From Nitrosopumilus sp. (lineage in GTDB: Archaea > Thermoproteota > Nitrososphaeria > Nitrososphaerales > Nitrosopumilaceae): a DNA stretch of 64,000 nucleotides. The stretch lies in NCBI GenBank assembly GCA_965224195.1, contig OZ245040.1, positions 1,696,001 through 1,760,000 of the forward strand, written 5' to 3'. The notes below the pieces were generated by a model. That model did not search any database. It was not told the DNA's origin and worked only from the letters and a program-made list of their open reading frames with translations. This document shows, piece after piece, positions 43,867-53,161 of this stretch (positions are counted from its first letter, which is position 1; each line of letters starts with the position of its first letter). The position numbers and the translations under genes are program-made.

Positions 43867-43915
43867 TATCTAAAAATAATTTAATTCAACAAATTTTTTA
43901 AGTTTATAGAAAAAA

Positions 43916-43979
43916 GATGCTTCAATACTCATAATCGTCATCACAAAATCAGACGGCTTTTCCGATAATCATCAGCATC
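43916..43979 (-). ncRNA. Candidate C/D box sRNA
   Basis: Minus strand: terminal stem GATGCT/AGCATC, C box TGATGA, D' CTGA, C' GTGATGA, D-like TTGA. Confidence 0.65.
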
Positions 43980-43980
43980 C

Positions 43981-44394
43981 TCAATCACTCTTAACGCGCA
44001 TTATTTTAGTTCTATTCATTACAACCCAGTATTCTACATTTTGACCATTTTCCAACTTACCTTTGACTTCATCATCAATCAAAGATATGTCAATAGTCTC
44101 AAAGCTTTCAGAATCCATTACTTGAATTATATCACCATTAATTGAGATAATTTGACCAACTTTTTTGTTAATCATTGGGATGTGAATTTGCATACTGACA
44201 GGTCCCACATGAGGTCTTTTTTGACCATCAAAAATTCCTTGACCAACAATTCTTGCTTTTGCTGCACCGTGTTTACCTGGTTTTGATGTATCATATTCTG
44301 TAATTTTACATGGTTCACCACTAGGTTGATCTGAGTGAGGCAATAGAATGTATGATCCAATTTTCAAAGAACCAAGATCAGAAGGTTTACTCAT
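43981..44394 (-). CDS. eif5a: Translation factor aIF5A
   Basis: TSKPGKHGAAK hypusine motif. Confidence 0.97.
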   Translation of the reverse strand: MSKPSDLGSLKIGSYILLPHSDQPSGEPCKITEYDTSKPGKHGAAKARIVGQGIFDGQKRPHVGPVSMQIHIPMINKKVGQIISINGDIIQVMDSESFETIDISLIDDEVKGKLENGQNVEYWVVMNRTKIMRVKSD

Positions 44395-44521
44395 GAAAAA
44401 CAGTTTTTGGTCGAATATTTAACGCTTACACTTGGAAAGGGAATTGAAAAGATCAAAACTGAATTTAGGCATATTTTCACAGAATATTCTACTTGGTTTG
44501 TAAGGAGAATTTTTAACTTTT

Positions 44522-45133
44522 CTACTTTAGTTTGTCAAGAATTGAAAGACTCATCAAATTGGTCATTGTCATTCCTTTTCGATTAATATCTCGTCTAGTT
44601 TGATCACAATATTTCTTTACACTCTGATGACTTTTTTCGCTTGCGACTTCAATTACAACAATATTTTCAGAGTAAGGAAATGTGAATTTTGAAGCGTTTA
44701 AGCAAAATGTGTTCATGTTTCCTAATCCTGCAATCTCAATTTTATCTCTTTTTAGCAAAAGATTTGCAATTTCTTGTAAATCACCTACATCATCACCATA
44801 TTCTAAATAATATACAGAAACAAAATTTGTATCACCTTGAACTTCTCGTTTAAAGAGATCATCTTTGATGTTAAAGACAAAAGATGTTTTTTTTTGATTA
44901 TTAACTACAAGATCTTTTGAGATTTGTTCACTATCTTTGAATTTAGCTAAAATGTAATGGTTTGTAGAATCAGAAAAGTATGGCTTACTTTCACTAGAAA
45001 ATGTTCCTGTAACAAAGTACATTTGTTCAATATTTTTTGATTTTGTCCATTTATCTTTTAGTTCAACAGAATCATGATTGTGTAAATATGGAGCAAGTAC
45101 GTATCCATAATAAGAGAGTTGTAGTTTAGACAT
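44522..45133 (-). CDS. Conserved hypothetical protein
   Basis: 203-aa ORF in the core region. Confidence 0.75.
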   Translation of the reverse strand: MSKLQLSYYGYVLAPYLHNHDSVELKDKWTKSKNIEQMYFVTGTFSSESKPYFSDSTNHYILAKFKDSEQISKDLVVNNQKKTSFVFNIKDDLFKREVQGDTNFVSVYYLEYGDDVGDLQEIANLLLKRDKIEIAGLGNMNTFCLNASKFTFPYSENIVVIEVASEKSHQSVKKYCDQTRRDINRKGMTMTNLMSLSILDKLK

Positions 45134-45242
45134 AACAAATTGAAAATCTTTTCAGAGTATTTATGCGTATACAGAGCATGACGATCAAATTTGAATTTCA
45201 TCTACGATAGTTTTTTAATAGTAGAGATCTTCATTTTTTTGT

Positions 45243-45369
45243 CCCGTGGTAGCTCAGCCTGGTAGAGCTCCTGGCTGTAGTTGTTGGCTTTAGATGGCTA
45301 AACGAATAACAGCCCATCAGGCATACAGAAACCGGGTTGTCGATGGTTCAATTCCGTCCCGCGGGACCA
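45243..45369 (+). tRNA. tRNA-Tyr(GTA) with a ~50-nt intron at the canonical 37/38 position (45281-45330)
   Basis: CCCGTGG/CCGCGGG acceptor stem plus ACCA, D arm, anticodon GTA at 45277-45279, GGTTCAATTCC T arm. Confidence 0.92.
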
Positions 45370-45448
45370 CAAATTTTTGATAATAATTTTAAAAATAATA
45401 AAAAGATAGACTAGTTTAAGATAAATCTTAAATTAAAAAATTTGTTGC

Positions 45449-45643
45449 CTATACTGATTTTTTGACTTGTTGTGCTGCTGGGCCTTTTTGACCTTCGCCT
45501 ACTACAAACTCGACTTTATCGCCTTCGTTGATGAATCCGTCAACATCTGATTTGTGAACAAACAGATCGTCTCCACCTTCTCTTTCAATAAAACCAAAGC
45601 CTTTTGTTCGGTTGAACCATTTTACGGTGCCTTGTTCTGACAT
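45449..45643 (-). CDS. csp: Cold-shock protein
   Basis: GTVKWFN..KGFGFI...DLFVH. Confidence 0.96.
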   Translation of the reverse strand: MSEQGTVKWFNRTKGFGFIEREGGDDLFVHKSDVDGFINEGDKVEFVVGEGQKGPAAQQVKKSV

Positions 45644-45710
45644 TATTTTGAAATAATATATTCACTATATTAACTAAAGCATCAAAATGAAATTAACTTA
45701 GTTGTGAAGA

Positions 45711-46022
45711 TTAGAAATCTTTTGGAATGTGGTTTTGATCTTTAAGCCATTCAACTTGAGGAAGGGTAAACCTCCAAACAATATCTCCACGCTCCTTTTC
45801 TTTAAAATCCCAAGGAGCAATAATTACAATATCATTATCTCTAATCCAAACTCTTCTCTTTAATTTACCTCTAATTCTTCCACGACGAGTGACATTATCA
45901 TCACATTTTATCATTACATTTTCTCCTCCCATCATTTTTAAAACACGGCCAAAAAGTTCACCCTCTTCAGGTAATCGAATTTCTTTTAATGCACTTTCAT
46001 TTTTTACTTGACGCTTTCCCAT
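45711..46022 (-). CDS. eif1a: Translation initiation factor aIF1A
   Basis: RGRIRGKLKRRVWIRDNDIVIIAPWDF; likely start MGKRQ. Confidence 0.95.
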   Translation of the reverse strand: MGKRQVKNESALKEIRLPEEGELFGRVLKMMGGENVMIKCDDNVTRRGRIRGKLKRRVWIRDNDIVIIAPWDFKEKERGDIVWRFTLPQVEWLKDQNHIPKDF

Positions 46023-46102
46023 GTCAATTATTTCCATAGTCAGCATATAACTGGTAGGGTTATTGAAAGAGGAAAATTAAGCATAAGAGATTTTTATCAA
46101 GC

Positions 46103-46681
46103 ATGATAAAAAAATACATGAAATTTAGATGCATTGATGAATGCTCTCAGTGTTGTATTGAAAGAGAATACTATCCAAGTAAAAAATTTGGTAAAATAGG
46201 AGTATTGATTCTTCCAGAAGAGAAAGAAAGAATTGAAAATCTTGCAATTAAAAATAATTTAGAAATTAAAATCTTACCAAGGATAGGAATTTCTGAAAAT
46301 AAAAATACACATCCCACAAAAATTTTAGCATACCAACTAATGGGTGCTGAAAAAAATGGGAACACATGTCCATTTTTAGATACAGATAGTGGAGATAAAT
46401 CACCACATGGAGGATTCCCATGTAAGATATACAATGAAAGGCCTCTCGCATGCACGGCATATCCTTTAATCGAATCAGAACCAATCACACTAGATCAAAA
46501 ATGTAAATTCTGTAAAGAACATGGTAATGCTAATGGGAATCTAAATGCTGAAACTGAAGCGCTTTTAAAAATTAAAGAAAAAATGATTCCAGATTTACAA
46601 GTCATTTGGAGATATGCAACAAACGTTGGAGAGATAGGTGATCAAAAAATATTGGAATCAGGTTGGATTTTAGAAGAGTGA
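46103..46681 (+). CDS. YkgJ-family (CxxCxxCC) cysteine-cluster protein
   Basis: FRC..CSQCC, CPFL, CKIYNERPLACTAYP. Confidence 0.88.
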   Translation: MIKKYMKFRCIDECSQCCIEREYYPSKKFGKIGVLILPEEKERIENLAIKNNLEIKILPRIGISENKNTHPTKILAYQLMGAEKNGNTCPFLDTDSGDKSPHGGFPCKIYNERPLACTAYPLIESEPITLDQKCKFCKEHGNANGNLNAETEALLKIKEKMIPDLQVIWRYATNVGEIGDQKILESGWILEE

Positions 46682-46765
46682 ATATCCCAAACTTAGGAAT
46701 TAGTACAAATTCAGCCAAAAATTCAAAATGGCATTACATCTTTGGATGAATATGAGTTAAGATGC

Positions 46766-47252
46766 TTGGTCAAATTTAGACAAAGTTGATCAAAAAATTA
46801 TTGAAATTCTTAACAGTAATGCAAGGACTCCGTCAAAAGAAATTGCATCTGAATTAAAAAAATTAGGTCATGACGTTTCAGATAGAACAATCAGAAAAAG
46901 AATAGAATGTCTAGAAAAAAGTGGAATCATCAAAGGATACAAAGCAGTTCTAACAGACGTATCAGGAATTAATGAATATCAAGCTGTGTTAATGAAATTA
47001 AAGCCATCCAAATCACTTGAAGCAGTAAAAGATTCAATCAAAGATTTCATCACAAAAATGGATAATTATCTCCTCATATCAAACATGGAAGGAGAATGGA
47101 ACATGCTTGTACTATTACAAGTAAATTCAGAAAAAACAAACACATCACAAAAAATTGTAGAGAAATTTTCAGATGAGTTAATTGATTATAGAATAAATGA
47201 AATTGACATTAAAGATGTGAATATTCTCAACATGTCATTATTGTTATTGTAA
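46766..47252 (+). pseudogene. Lrp/AsnC regulator with a frameshift just after the TTG start
   Basis: LDKVDQKIIEILNSNARTPSKEIA...SDRTIRKRI..LEKSGIIKGY is in frame with the 46986 ORF but out of frame with the TTG at 46766. Confidence 0.7.
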
Positions 47253-47552
47253 TAAGGAATATTCTGATTCTGCAATATCTATTGCATTTTTGACCTCATC
47301 AAGAGTGAAGGGTTTTTGAATAAATGCAGAAACACCAGAACAAATAGTTTTGTTTACACGGGTAGTTGTTTTTTCATCAGCCGTGATTACTACAATTTGT
47401 AAATCAATTTTTTCATTTAATAACTTTGTAGCAACAACATCACCTTCAAGATCAGGCAATCCCATGTCAAGTAAAACTACAGGGTTTCTGTTTTCAGAAA
47501 ATAGTTTTTTGCATCCCTTCACTCCATCTTTTCCATTTTCAAAAATAGGAAT
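47244..47552 (-). pseudogene. CheY-like response regulator, 5'-truncated
   Basis: VVLLDMGLPD.EG, VVITA, FIQKPF; N-terminal acidic strand missing. Confidence 0.75.
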
Positions 47553-47681
47553 CTATTTTTCAAGACATGGGATACTGCACACCATTTCTGCCAAAGAAAT
47601 AAAAGGCCATCCTAACTTTCCAAAGTTTGTAGATGTGTTTGAAAAATTGGCTACTGTGATATTCAGCAAAAACAATGAGGA

Positions 47682-48289
47682 TTGATTGTTATATCTCATC
47701 TGCGTGGAACATATGAAAGTCTTTCAAAATACTATCTACGTGAAGCAAGAGGATGTCTAGAATCCAAATCATATAGAATGGCAATAGTATCTGCTGCAAC
47801 TTCAATACATTTGGCATCTTACTTCATTTTGTTGGCCAGAGGTAAATATCGTCAAGAAGACAGAGTTGCAAAATTCTATAACATCATACAAGAAATCAAA
47901 CAAAAAGATAAGTGGAAGCAAATTGAAGATGACATAGAGTAGTTGATGAATGCAAGAAACGCAATTGCGCATCCAGAAGAATGGGTTGTTCCGGAAACCA
48001 AGACAGACAGCACTACAGGACAAACAACTTTCACAGCAAAAGTAGAAATTGATGATCTTCCTCATATCAAAAAACAGGTTTTACTTTGTCTATGACGAAT
48101 GAATTAGGAAGTCTGTCAAAATTGGCAAAAGACGCAGTAAAAAAATCTGAAAGTATTTTGCTGAATTTTGGGTTTGCAGTAGAAACTAGTTACGTGAATA
48201 AAATGAAAGAATACTTAGAAAAAGAAATTCAAAGAATGACAGGCCAATCGGTAGATTTGGAGAATCTTCCCGAACAAAACCAAGCATAA
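47682..48289 (+). pseudogene. HEPN-domain protein with in-frame TAG and frameshift
   Basis: EARGCLESKSYRMAIV...DIE*LMNARNAIAHP (Rx4H). Confidence 0.6.
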
Positions 48290-48304
48290 TTTATTTGAAT
48301 GACT

Positions 48305-48730
48305 CTAATTTATCAATCCAAGTTTGAGGAAAGCTGTATTTTTGGCGCCATGAATAATCAAATCAACATAATCTAGATGTGATTGAACAAAATCTGTTTT
48401 ATTTACAACTACATATGTAATCATATCGTCAGATAATTTGATTTGTTTGTAAGCTCCTGATTTTACACCTTCCTTGATATCTAAAACATCTAGATCTTCT
48501 TTTGCTACGTCAAATACAACACTACAACAAAAATCACCAAGACTGTAAATAACATCCGCAACACCACCATTTCTATTAACAGATTTTCTAGTGAATCCAA
48601 GTTTGTAATTTTCTAAACGAAATAGTTTTGGGTTTGTGAGTTTTGGAACAGACAAATGTCTTTCCTTGCACCAATCAATCAAATTATTGTGGTCCAAGTT
48701 AGAACCATATGCAAAATATTTCATAATCAT
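48305..48730 (-). CDS. Gamma-glutamylcyclotransferase-family protein
   Basis: YFAYGSNL, GGVADV, LDIKEG. Confidence 0.85.
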   Translation of the reverse strand: MIMKYFAYGSNLDHNNLIDWCKERHLSVPKLTNPKLFRLENYKLGFTRKSVNRNGGVADVIYSLGDFCCSVVFDVAKEDLDVLDIKEGVKSGAYKQIKLSDDMITYVVVNKTDFVQSHLDYVDLIIHGAKNTAFLKLGLIN

Positions 48731-48833
48731 ATTATGTTCGAGTTTATCAAATCTTTTTCGCCTTGCTCATTGTCCTTCTTCTCATCACCATATCTTCAAA
48801 TACTTTAACAGCCTAATCCATTACGAAGATTCT

Positions 48834-49382
48834 ATGACAGAGTATTATTTGGATATTGAAACTTATTCCCCTGGCATGAGGCCAGATCCAGCTAATGATA
48901 AGATCATTACAATACAATATCAACAGGTTTCTACCGAGACAGGCGAACCCATAGGAGATTTGAAAATTCTAACCGAGTGGGAATTAGGTTCTGAAAAGGA
49001 ATTATTATCTAAATTTAAGGATGTCTTCTTGACTGAAAGTGATTTTAACTTCATCTCGATTGGAGTAAATCTTTATGAGTTTGATTTCGTAGCGTTAGCA
49101 AGTAAGTTCAACAAATATTTTGACCTTAGTTTGGGGTTACAGTTTTTCAGAGACAGGATAGCAATTGACCTAAAACCCATTTTAATAATGATGAACAATG
49201 GAAGATTGAAAGGCTATACTGATATTCTGGGCAAAAAACATTCAGGAAATGTGATCAAAGAATGGTACGAACAGAAAAAGCATGATAAGATAATTGATTA
49301 TATCAAAGATGAGGCTGAACACTTTATTGAAAAATACCAGATTTTAAAGAAAAAACTCCCTAAAATCGAATTTTCAGAATAA
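48834..49382 (+). CDS. DEDD/RNase H-like 3'-5' exonuclease
   Basis: YYLDIET, IITIQYQ, FDF, IDL, YIKDE; ATG at 48834. Confidence 0.8.
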   Translation: MTEYYLDIETYSPGMRPDPANDKIITIQYQQVSTETGEPIGDLKILTEWELGSEKELLSKFKDVFLTESDFNFISIGVNLYEFDFVALASKFNKYFDLSLGLQFFRDRIAIDLKPILIMMNNGRLKGYTDILGKKHSGNVIKEWYEQKKHDKIIDYIKDEAEHFIEKYQILKKKLPKIEFSE

Positions 49383-49572
49383 CACTAGAAAAAATTCAAT
49401 TAATTCCCAAATTATGTAAAATTTGTAATTTGTACAATATTACCCAGTTCAAATCTCAACAGATTTGAATTCTTGATTTTATCAAATTTTGAAAAGTATA
49501 GTACGAGAAGTTATTATGTATTATTATTTTGGGTTCTGTCAACTTGTTAGCACATAAGTCAAAATCTTTATA

Positions 49573-49681
49573 CTGTTCAATCTCAGGAGCTTTTCAACAG
49601 GGTGTTAATCTTCTTAGCCCGATGAAAGTACCCCTCATTTGTAAGCTGTTCAATCTCAGGAGCTTTTCAACAGGGTGTTAA
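49573..49681. repeat. 36-bp perfect direct repeat (49573-49608, 49646-49681) around a 37-bp unique insert inside the left TIR
   Basis: CTGTTCAATCTCAGGAGCTTTTCAACAGGGTGTTAA twice; insert TCTTCTTAGCCCGATGAAAGTACCCCTCATTTGTAAG. Confidence 0.95.
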
Positions 49682-49711
49682 ATTAGAGACTTTTGCTGTT
49701 AAGTTAGGTGC

Positions 49712-50416
49712 TTAATTCAAATCAAGTGGTTGCCAGTCTGAAAAATCTACATCATCATACTCGTATTCTTCATTGTCATTGTACAACCATTCGCCATTCT
49801 CAAATACTGCAATACCGCCAAATACCTTCTTGGGCTTGTTATCTCTGATGTATCTTGATAATGCTTCAGCCTTTGGCTTGGCAATCTTAGCTGTAAATCC
49901 TGCTTTTGTATCGTAGAGACCTATTCTGCCATCATTCATACGAATAACAAAGTCAACATAAAATGCGTGAGACTCTCCAGTTTCAAGATCATCATATTTT
50001 ATGGCAAAGTATTTCCTATCATTAACCTCATTTTTGAACCACCATTTTACATTATTTTCTTCTTCAAGGAAATTCATAAATCGAATCTCATTTTGTATAT
50101 CTGTTTTGATATAAGCTGGTGACATTATGCATTTTTTGTAGTCTTTTTTGTCATAGATTTTGATATATTCTGTATTTTCTGGTATGTTCCATTTTTGAAT
50201 ATCTTCTGTTTCGCGATTGATTTTTTCAACAATATCTCGGTTAAATTGAGATTTTGATTCAGATATTGCCCTGATAAAATGATCCTTATTTTTTGTAGAC
50301 AGTGTTATGTTTGCCATATCCATAAGATCAGTTACTTTGGTATTTTTCTCAAAAAATTGGTGAATGCATCTTTTTATGACTCCATGAGAGTGTTCTTTTG
50401 CAAAAGGTTCCGTCAT
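49712..50416 (-). pseudogene. Type III restriction enzyme Res subunit, C-terminal endonuclease fragment
   Basis: EIRFMNFLE...WWFKN....YFAIKY...FYVDFVIRMNDGRIGLYDTK; helicase part absent. Confidence 0.75.
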
Positions 50417-50422
50417 CTCTCT

Positions 50423-51577
50423 TGCAAATGCATCAAATCTGTTATTCTCTTACAGGACAAAATTAGCATAGAGAACAAAATTGAAAGAGTGGAATTACCT
50501 CAAGTATGTCCTAGATGCAGTAGTACGACAATCAAAAAAAACGGATTCAGAAAGCTAAAGAATGGAACAAGACGACAGATGTATTGCTGTAAGCAATGCA
50601 GCTACAAATTCATTCTAGGCGAGAATGGATTCTCCAAAGTTTCATCTGATCCTAAGATTATATCTGAATCACTAAACTTGGTCATGTCTGGAATGTCATA
50701 CAGGGCAATTTCAAGGCACATCTATTCTACTCATCAAATCAAAATATCTCATGTGTCTGTGAACAGATGGATAGCAAAAAACACTGAGATAATCAAAGAA
50801 TATATAGATTCTTTGAATCCTGAAACTTCTGATGTCTGGAGCTTAGATGAAATGTATCTCAATGTAAAAAATACAAAGACGGGAAAAGGTTTTCATGATT
50901 GGCTTTGGTCAATAATCGATCCTAAAACTAGATTCTTGATTGCAACTGAAGTTTCAAAGAAAAGAGAAATTTCAGATGCAAGAAAGATTATTGCAAGTGG
51001 CAAGAAACTAATCTCAAAAAACCCAAACTATGTTTTGACGGACTGTCTTAATTCCTACCAAGAAGCAATAAAAAAAGAGTTTGAAAACAGGACTGCACAT
51101 ATCAAAATAAAATCACTAAAGGAAGGATTTGTAAATAGACCAATAGAAAGATATCACAATGAAATTAGAGAAAGACTAAAAGCTAGACGAGGATTAGGAA
51201 ATGATGAATCCGCTCAAAACTTTGCAGAGTTGCTCAAAATCAACCACAACTTTGTAAAACCACATCAAGGATTAGATGGTAAAACACCAGCTCAAGCTGC
51301 AAATATTGATTTGAATCTTGGAGATGACAAGCACATGGATTTGATAAAACAAGCTGGAACCAAAGTCAATTTTGTAAATAATCTGGGGAAACGAATCAAC
51401 AAAGTAACTATAGTAAATGAGGGAGATTCCATCAAAATAACTCCCAAATGTTGGATCGATAAACACATCTGGCGAGAGATTAATGATATTCTAAAACTAC
51501 ATCAATTTGCATGGCTGTCAAACGGTAAGGATAGTTGTTGGCTCAAGCTAAGTTTCCTAAACTTTTTGTATGTGTGA
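50423..51577 (+). pseudogene. DDE transposase paralog lacking its start and most of the SWIM finger
   Basis: Homology to 11464-12822 starts at CKCIKSVILLQ; WSLDEM, LTDCLNSY and PIERYHNEIR intact. Confidence 0.85.
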
Positions 51578-51591
51578 AATTTATCAAAATC

Positions 51592-51690
51592 ATGAAAACA
51601 TTTTGTAAATGCGGATGTCAAACACCACTAACTGATTACGAATATCGTAAATTTTCAGGATATAAAAGGGGACATGAACCACTACCATAA
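51592..51690 (+). CDS. 32-aa CxCGC...GH zinc-binding mini-protein
   Basis: MKTFCKCGCQTPLTDYEYRKFSGYKRGHEPLP. Confidence 0.5.
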   Translation: MKTFCKCGCQTPLTDYEYRKFSGYKRGHEPLP

Positions 51691-51709
51691 TTTTATTCAA
51701 TGAATAGTC

Positions 51710-51877
51710 ATGTTAGGTATAGAAGTATCAGATCAAGAGATAGTTAAAAGACTAAAGGAAACCATAGAATTTCTTAAAGTGGAATCTATTGGTGGTATGT
51801 GGAATACACCTCAACTAATTGATATGCTTGAGGACTTGCTTAAGGAGGATTCCAAGATTTACAAAAACAATAATTAA
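51710..51877 (+). CDS. Conserved 55-aa transposon accessory protein (absent from ORF track)
   Basis: MLGIEVSDQEIVKRLKETIEFLKVESIGGMWNTPQLIDMLEDLLKEDSKIYKNNN; homolog of 12844-12999. Confidence 0.75.
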   Translation: MLGIEVSDQEIVKRLKETIEFLKVESIGGMWNTPQLIDMLEDLLKEDSKIYKNNN

Positions 51878-51990
51878 AAATTCCAGTTATTTTTTCAATA
51901 TGAAAGCACCTAACTTAACAGCAAAAGTCTCTAATTTAACACCCTGTTGAAAAGCTCTGGAGACTGAACAGTGTATAGTTTTGTATTGAA

Positions 51991-53082
51991 CTATGGATTT
52001 ATTACAGCACGCCCAATGATTTTTCGAGCTTTAAGATCTTCAAGGGCAGTATTTGCATCTTCAAGAGAATATCTTTTAGAGATAACTGGATTAATTACTC
52101 CTTTTCTTGCAAGATCAAGTAGTTCTACCATATCATTATAATTTCCAGTGTATGCACCTTGAATGGTAATTGATTTTAGTGGAATTGTCACAAGAGACAT
52201 TTCTAGGGATCCTCCAAATAATCCAACAAGTATTATATTTCCTCTTTTTCGTATTACGCCCAATGCTGTTTTAACAGTTGGAGGTGCATTTACAAAATCA
52301 ATAACACTATCAACTCCCTTACCATTAGAAATGGAAATGATTTTCTCAACAGGAGACCCAGTTCCACTAGATAGAGAACCAACTATACTAGTATTTACAA
52401 CAAAATCTGCTCCCATCTTTTTTGCAGCGTCAAATTTTTTATCATCATTGTCAATGCAAATAATTTTGGCTTTTGTTATTGCTTTAGCAATTTGAATTGC
52501 CATTAATCCTAGACCGCCAGCTCCAATTATCATCAAAAACTCGGGTGAATTTGTATTTGCCTTTTTTACAGCATTATATGCTGTTAATCCAGAACAAGCA
52601 AGGGAAGTAGCAGCATCAGGATCGACACCGTCAAGTTTTGCCAAATATTTAGAATCAGGAACTAAAGTGTAATCAGCATAGCCGCCATCTTGAAAAAGAC
52701 CCATAGATTTTGGTGCATCACATAAATTTTCGTTTCCCACTTTACATGCAGGACATTCCCCACAACCCATCCAAGGGAACACTAGAACATCATCACCTAC
52801 TGAAACATTAGAAACATTTTCTCCAATTTCTTCAATAGTTCCAACAATTTCATGGCCAGGAGTTACAGGATATTTTACACCTCTATCGGTGACTTTCAAA
52901 AATTGACCATCTCCAAGATCATATCCACCCTCCCACAAGTGTAAATCACTGTGACAGACGCCTTCAGATTTTATCTTTAGTAGAACCTGAGTTCCATGGG
53001 GTTTTGGATTTTCAGATTCAGTTATAGTAAGAGGTTCATTTGGGCCTGGAATTCGGGCAGATTTCATAGTTCGATTTTCCAC
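51991..53082 (-). CDS. adh: Zn-dependent alcohol dehydrogenase
   Basis: GVCHSDLH, GHE, CGECPAC...C, GAGGLG. Confidence 0.95.
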   Translation of the reverse strand: MENRTMKSARIPGPNEPLTITESENPKPHGTQVLLKIKSEGVCHSDLHLWEGGYDLGDGQFLKVTDRGVKYPVTPGHEIVGTIEEIGENVSNVSVGDDVLVFPWMGCGECPACKVGNENLCDAPKSMGLFQDGGYADYTLVPDSKYLAKLDGVDPDAATSLACSGLTAYNAVKKANTNSPEFLMIIGAGGLGLMAIQIAKAITKAKIICIDNDDKKFDAAKKMGADFVVNTSIVGSLSSGTGSPVEKIISISNGKGVDSVIDFVNAPPTVKTALGVIRKRGNIILVGLFGGSLEMSLVTIPLKSITIQGAYTGNYNDMVELLDLARKGVINPVISKRYSLEDANTALEDLKARKIIGRAVINP

Positions 53083-53161
53083 ATTAACAATATAAGAGTT
53101 GACTGGATATGAGAAAAAAATAGAGCCCTTAGATATTATTGAATAGTCAAAGAGAAACTAT

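Larger units (their letters stand above)
49569..51975. mobile_element. Internally deleted sister transposon (element B) with 72-bp TIRs
   Basis: Right TIR 51904-51975 matches the reconstructed left TIR (49569-49608 + 49682-49713) at 68/72; transposase paralogous to element A. Confidence 0.88.

Noticed and set aside
49531-49545. GGGTTCTGTCAACTT resembling an IS terminal repeat
   Set aside because: No matching second end or associated transposase in the window.
49573-49681. Bona fide CRISPR array
   Set aside because: Only two repeats, the repeat is part of a transposon TIR, the three such loci have different repeats, and no cas genes are present; reported as ectopic-integration footprints instead.
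50279-50422. N-terminal extension of the 432-aa transposase ORF overlapping Res
   Set aside because: Antisense Res sequence brought in by a deletion; no homology to the intact transposase.
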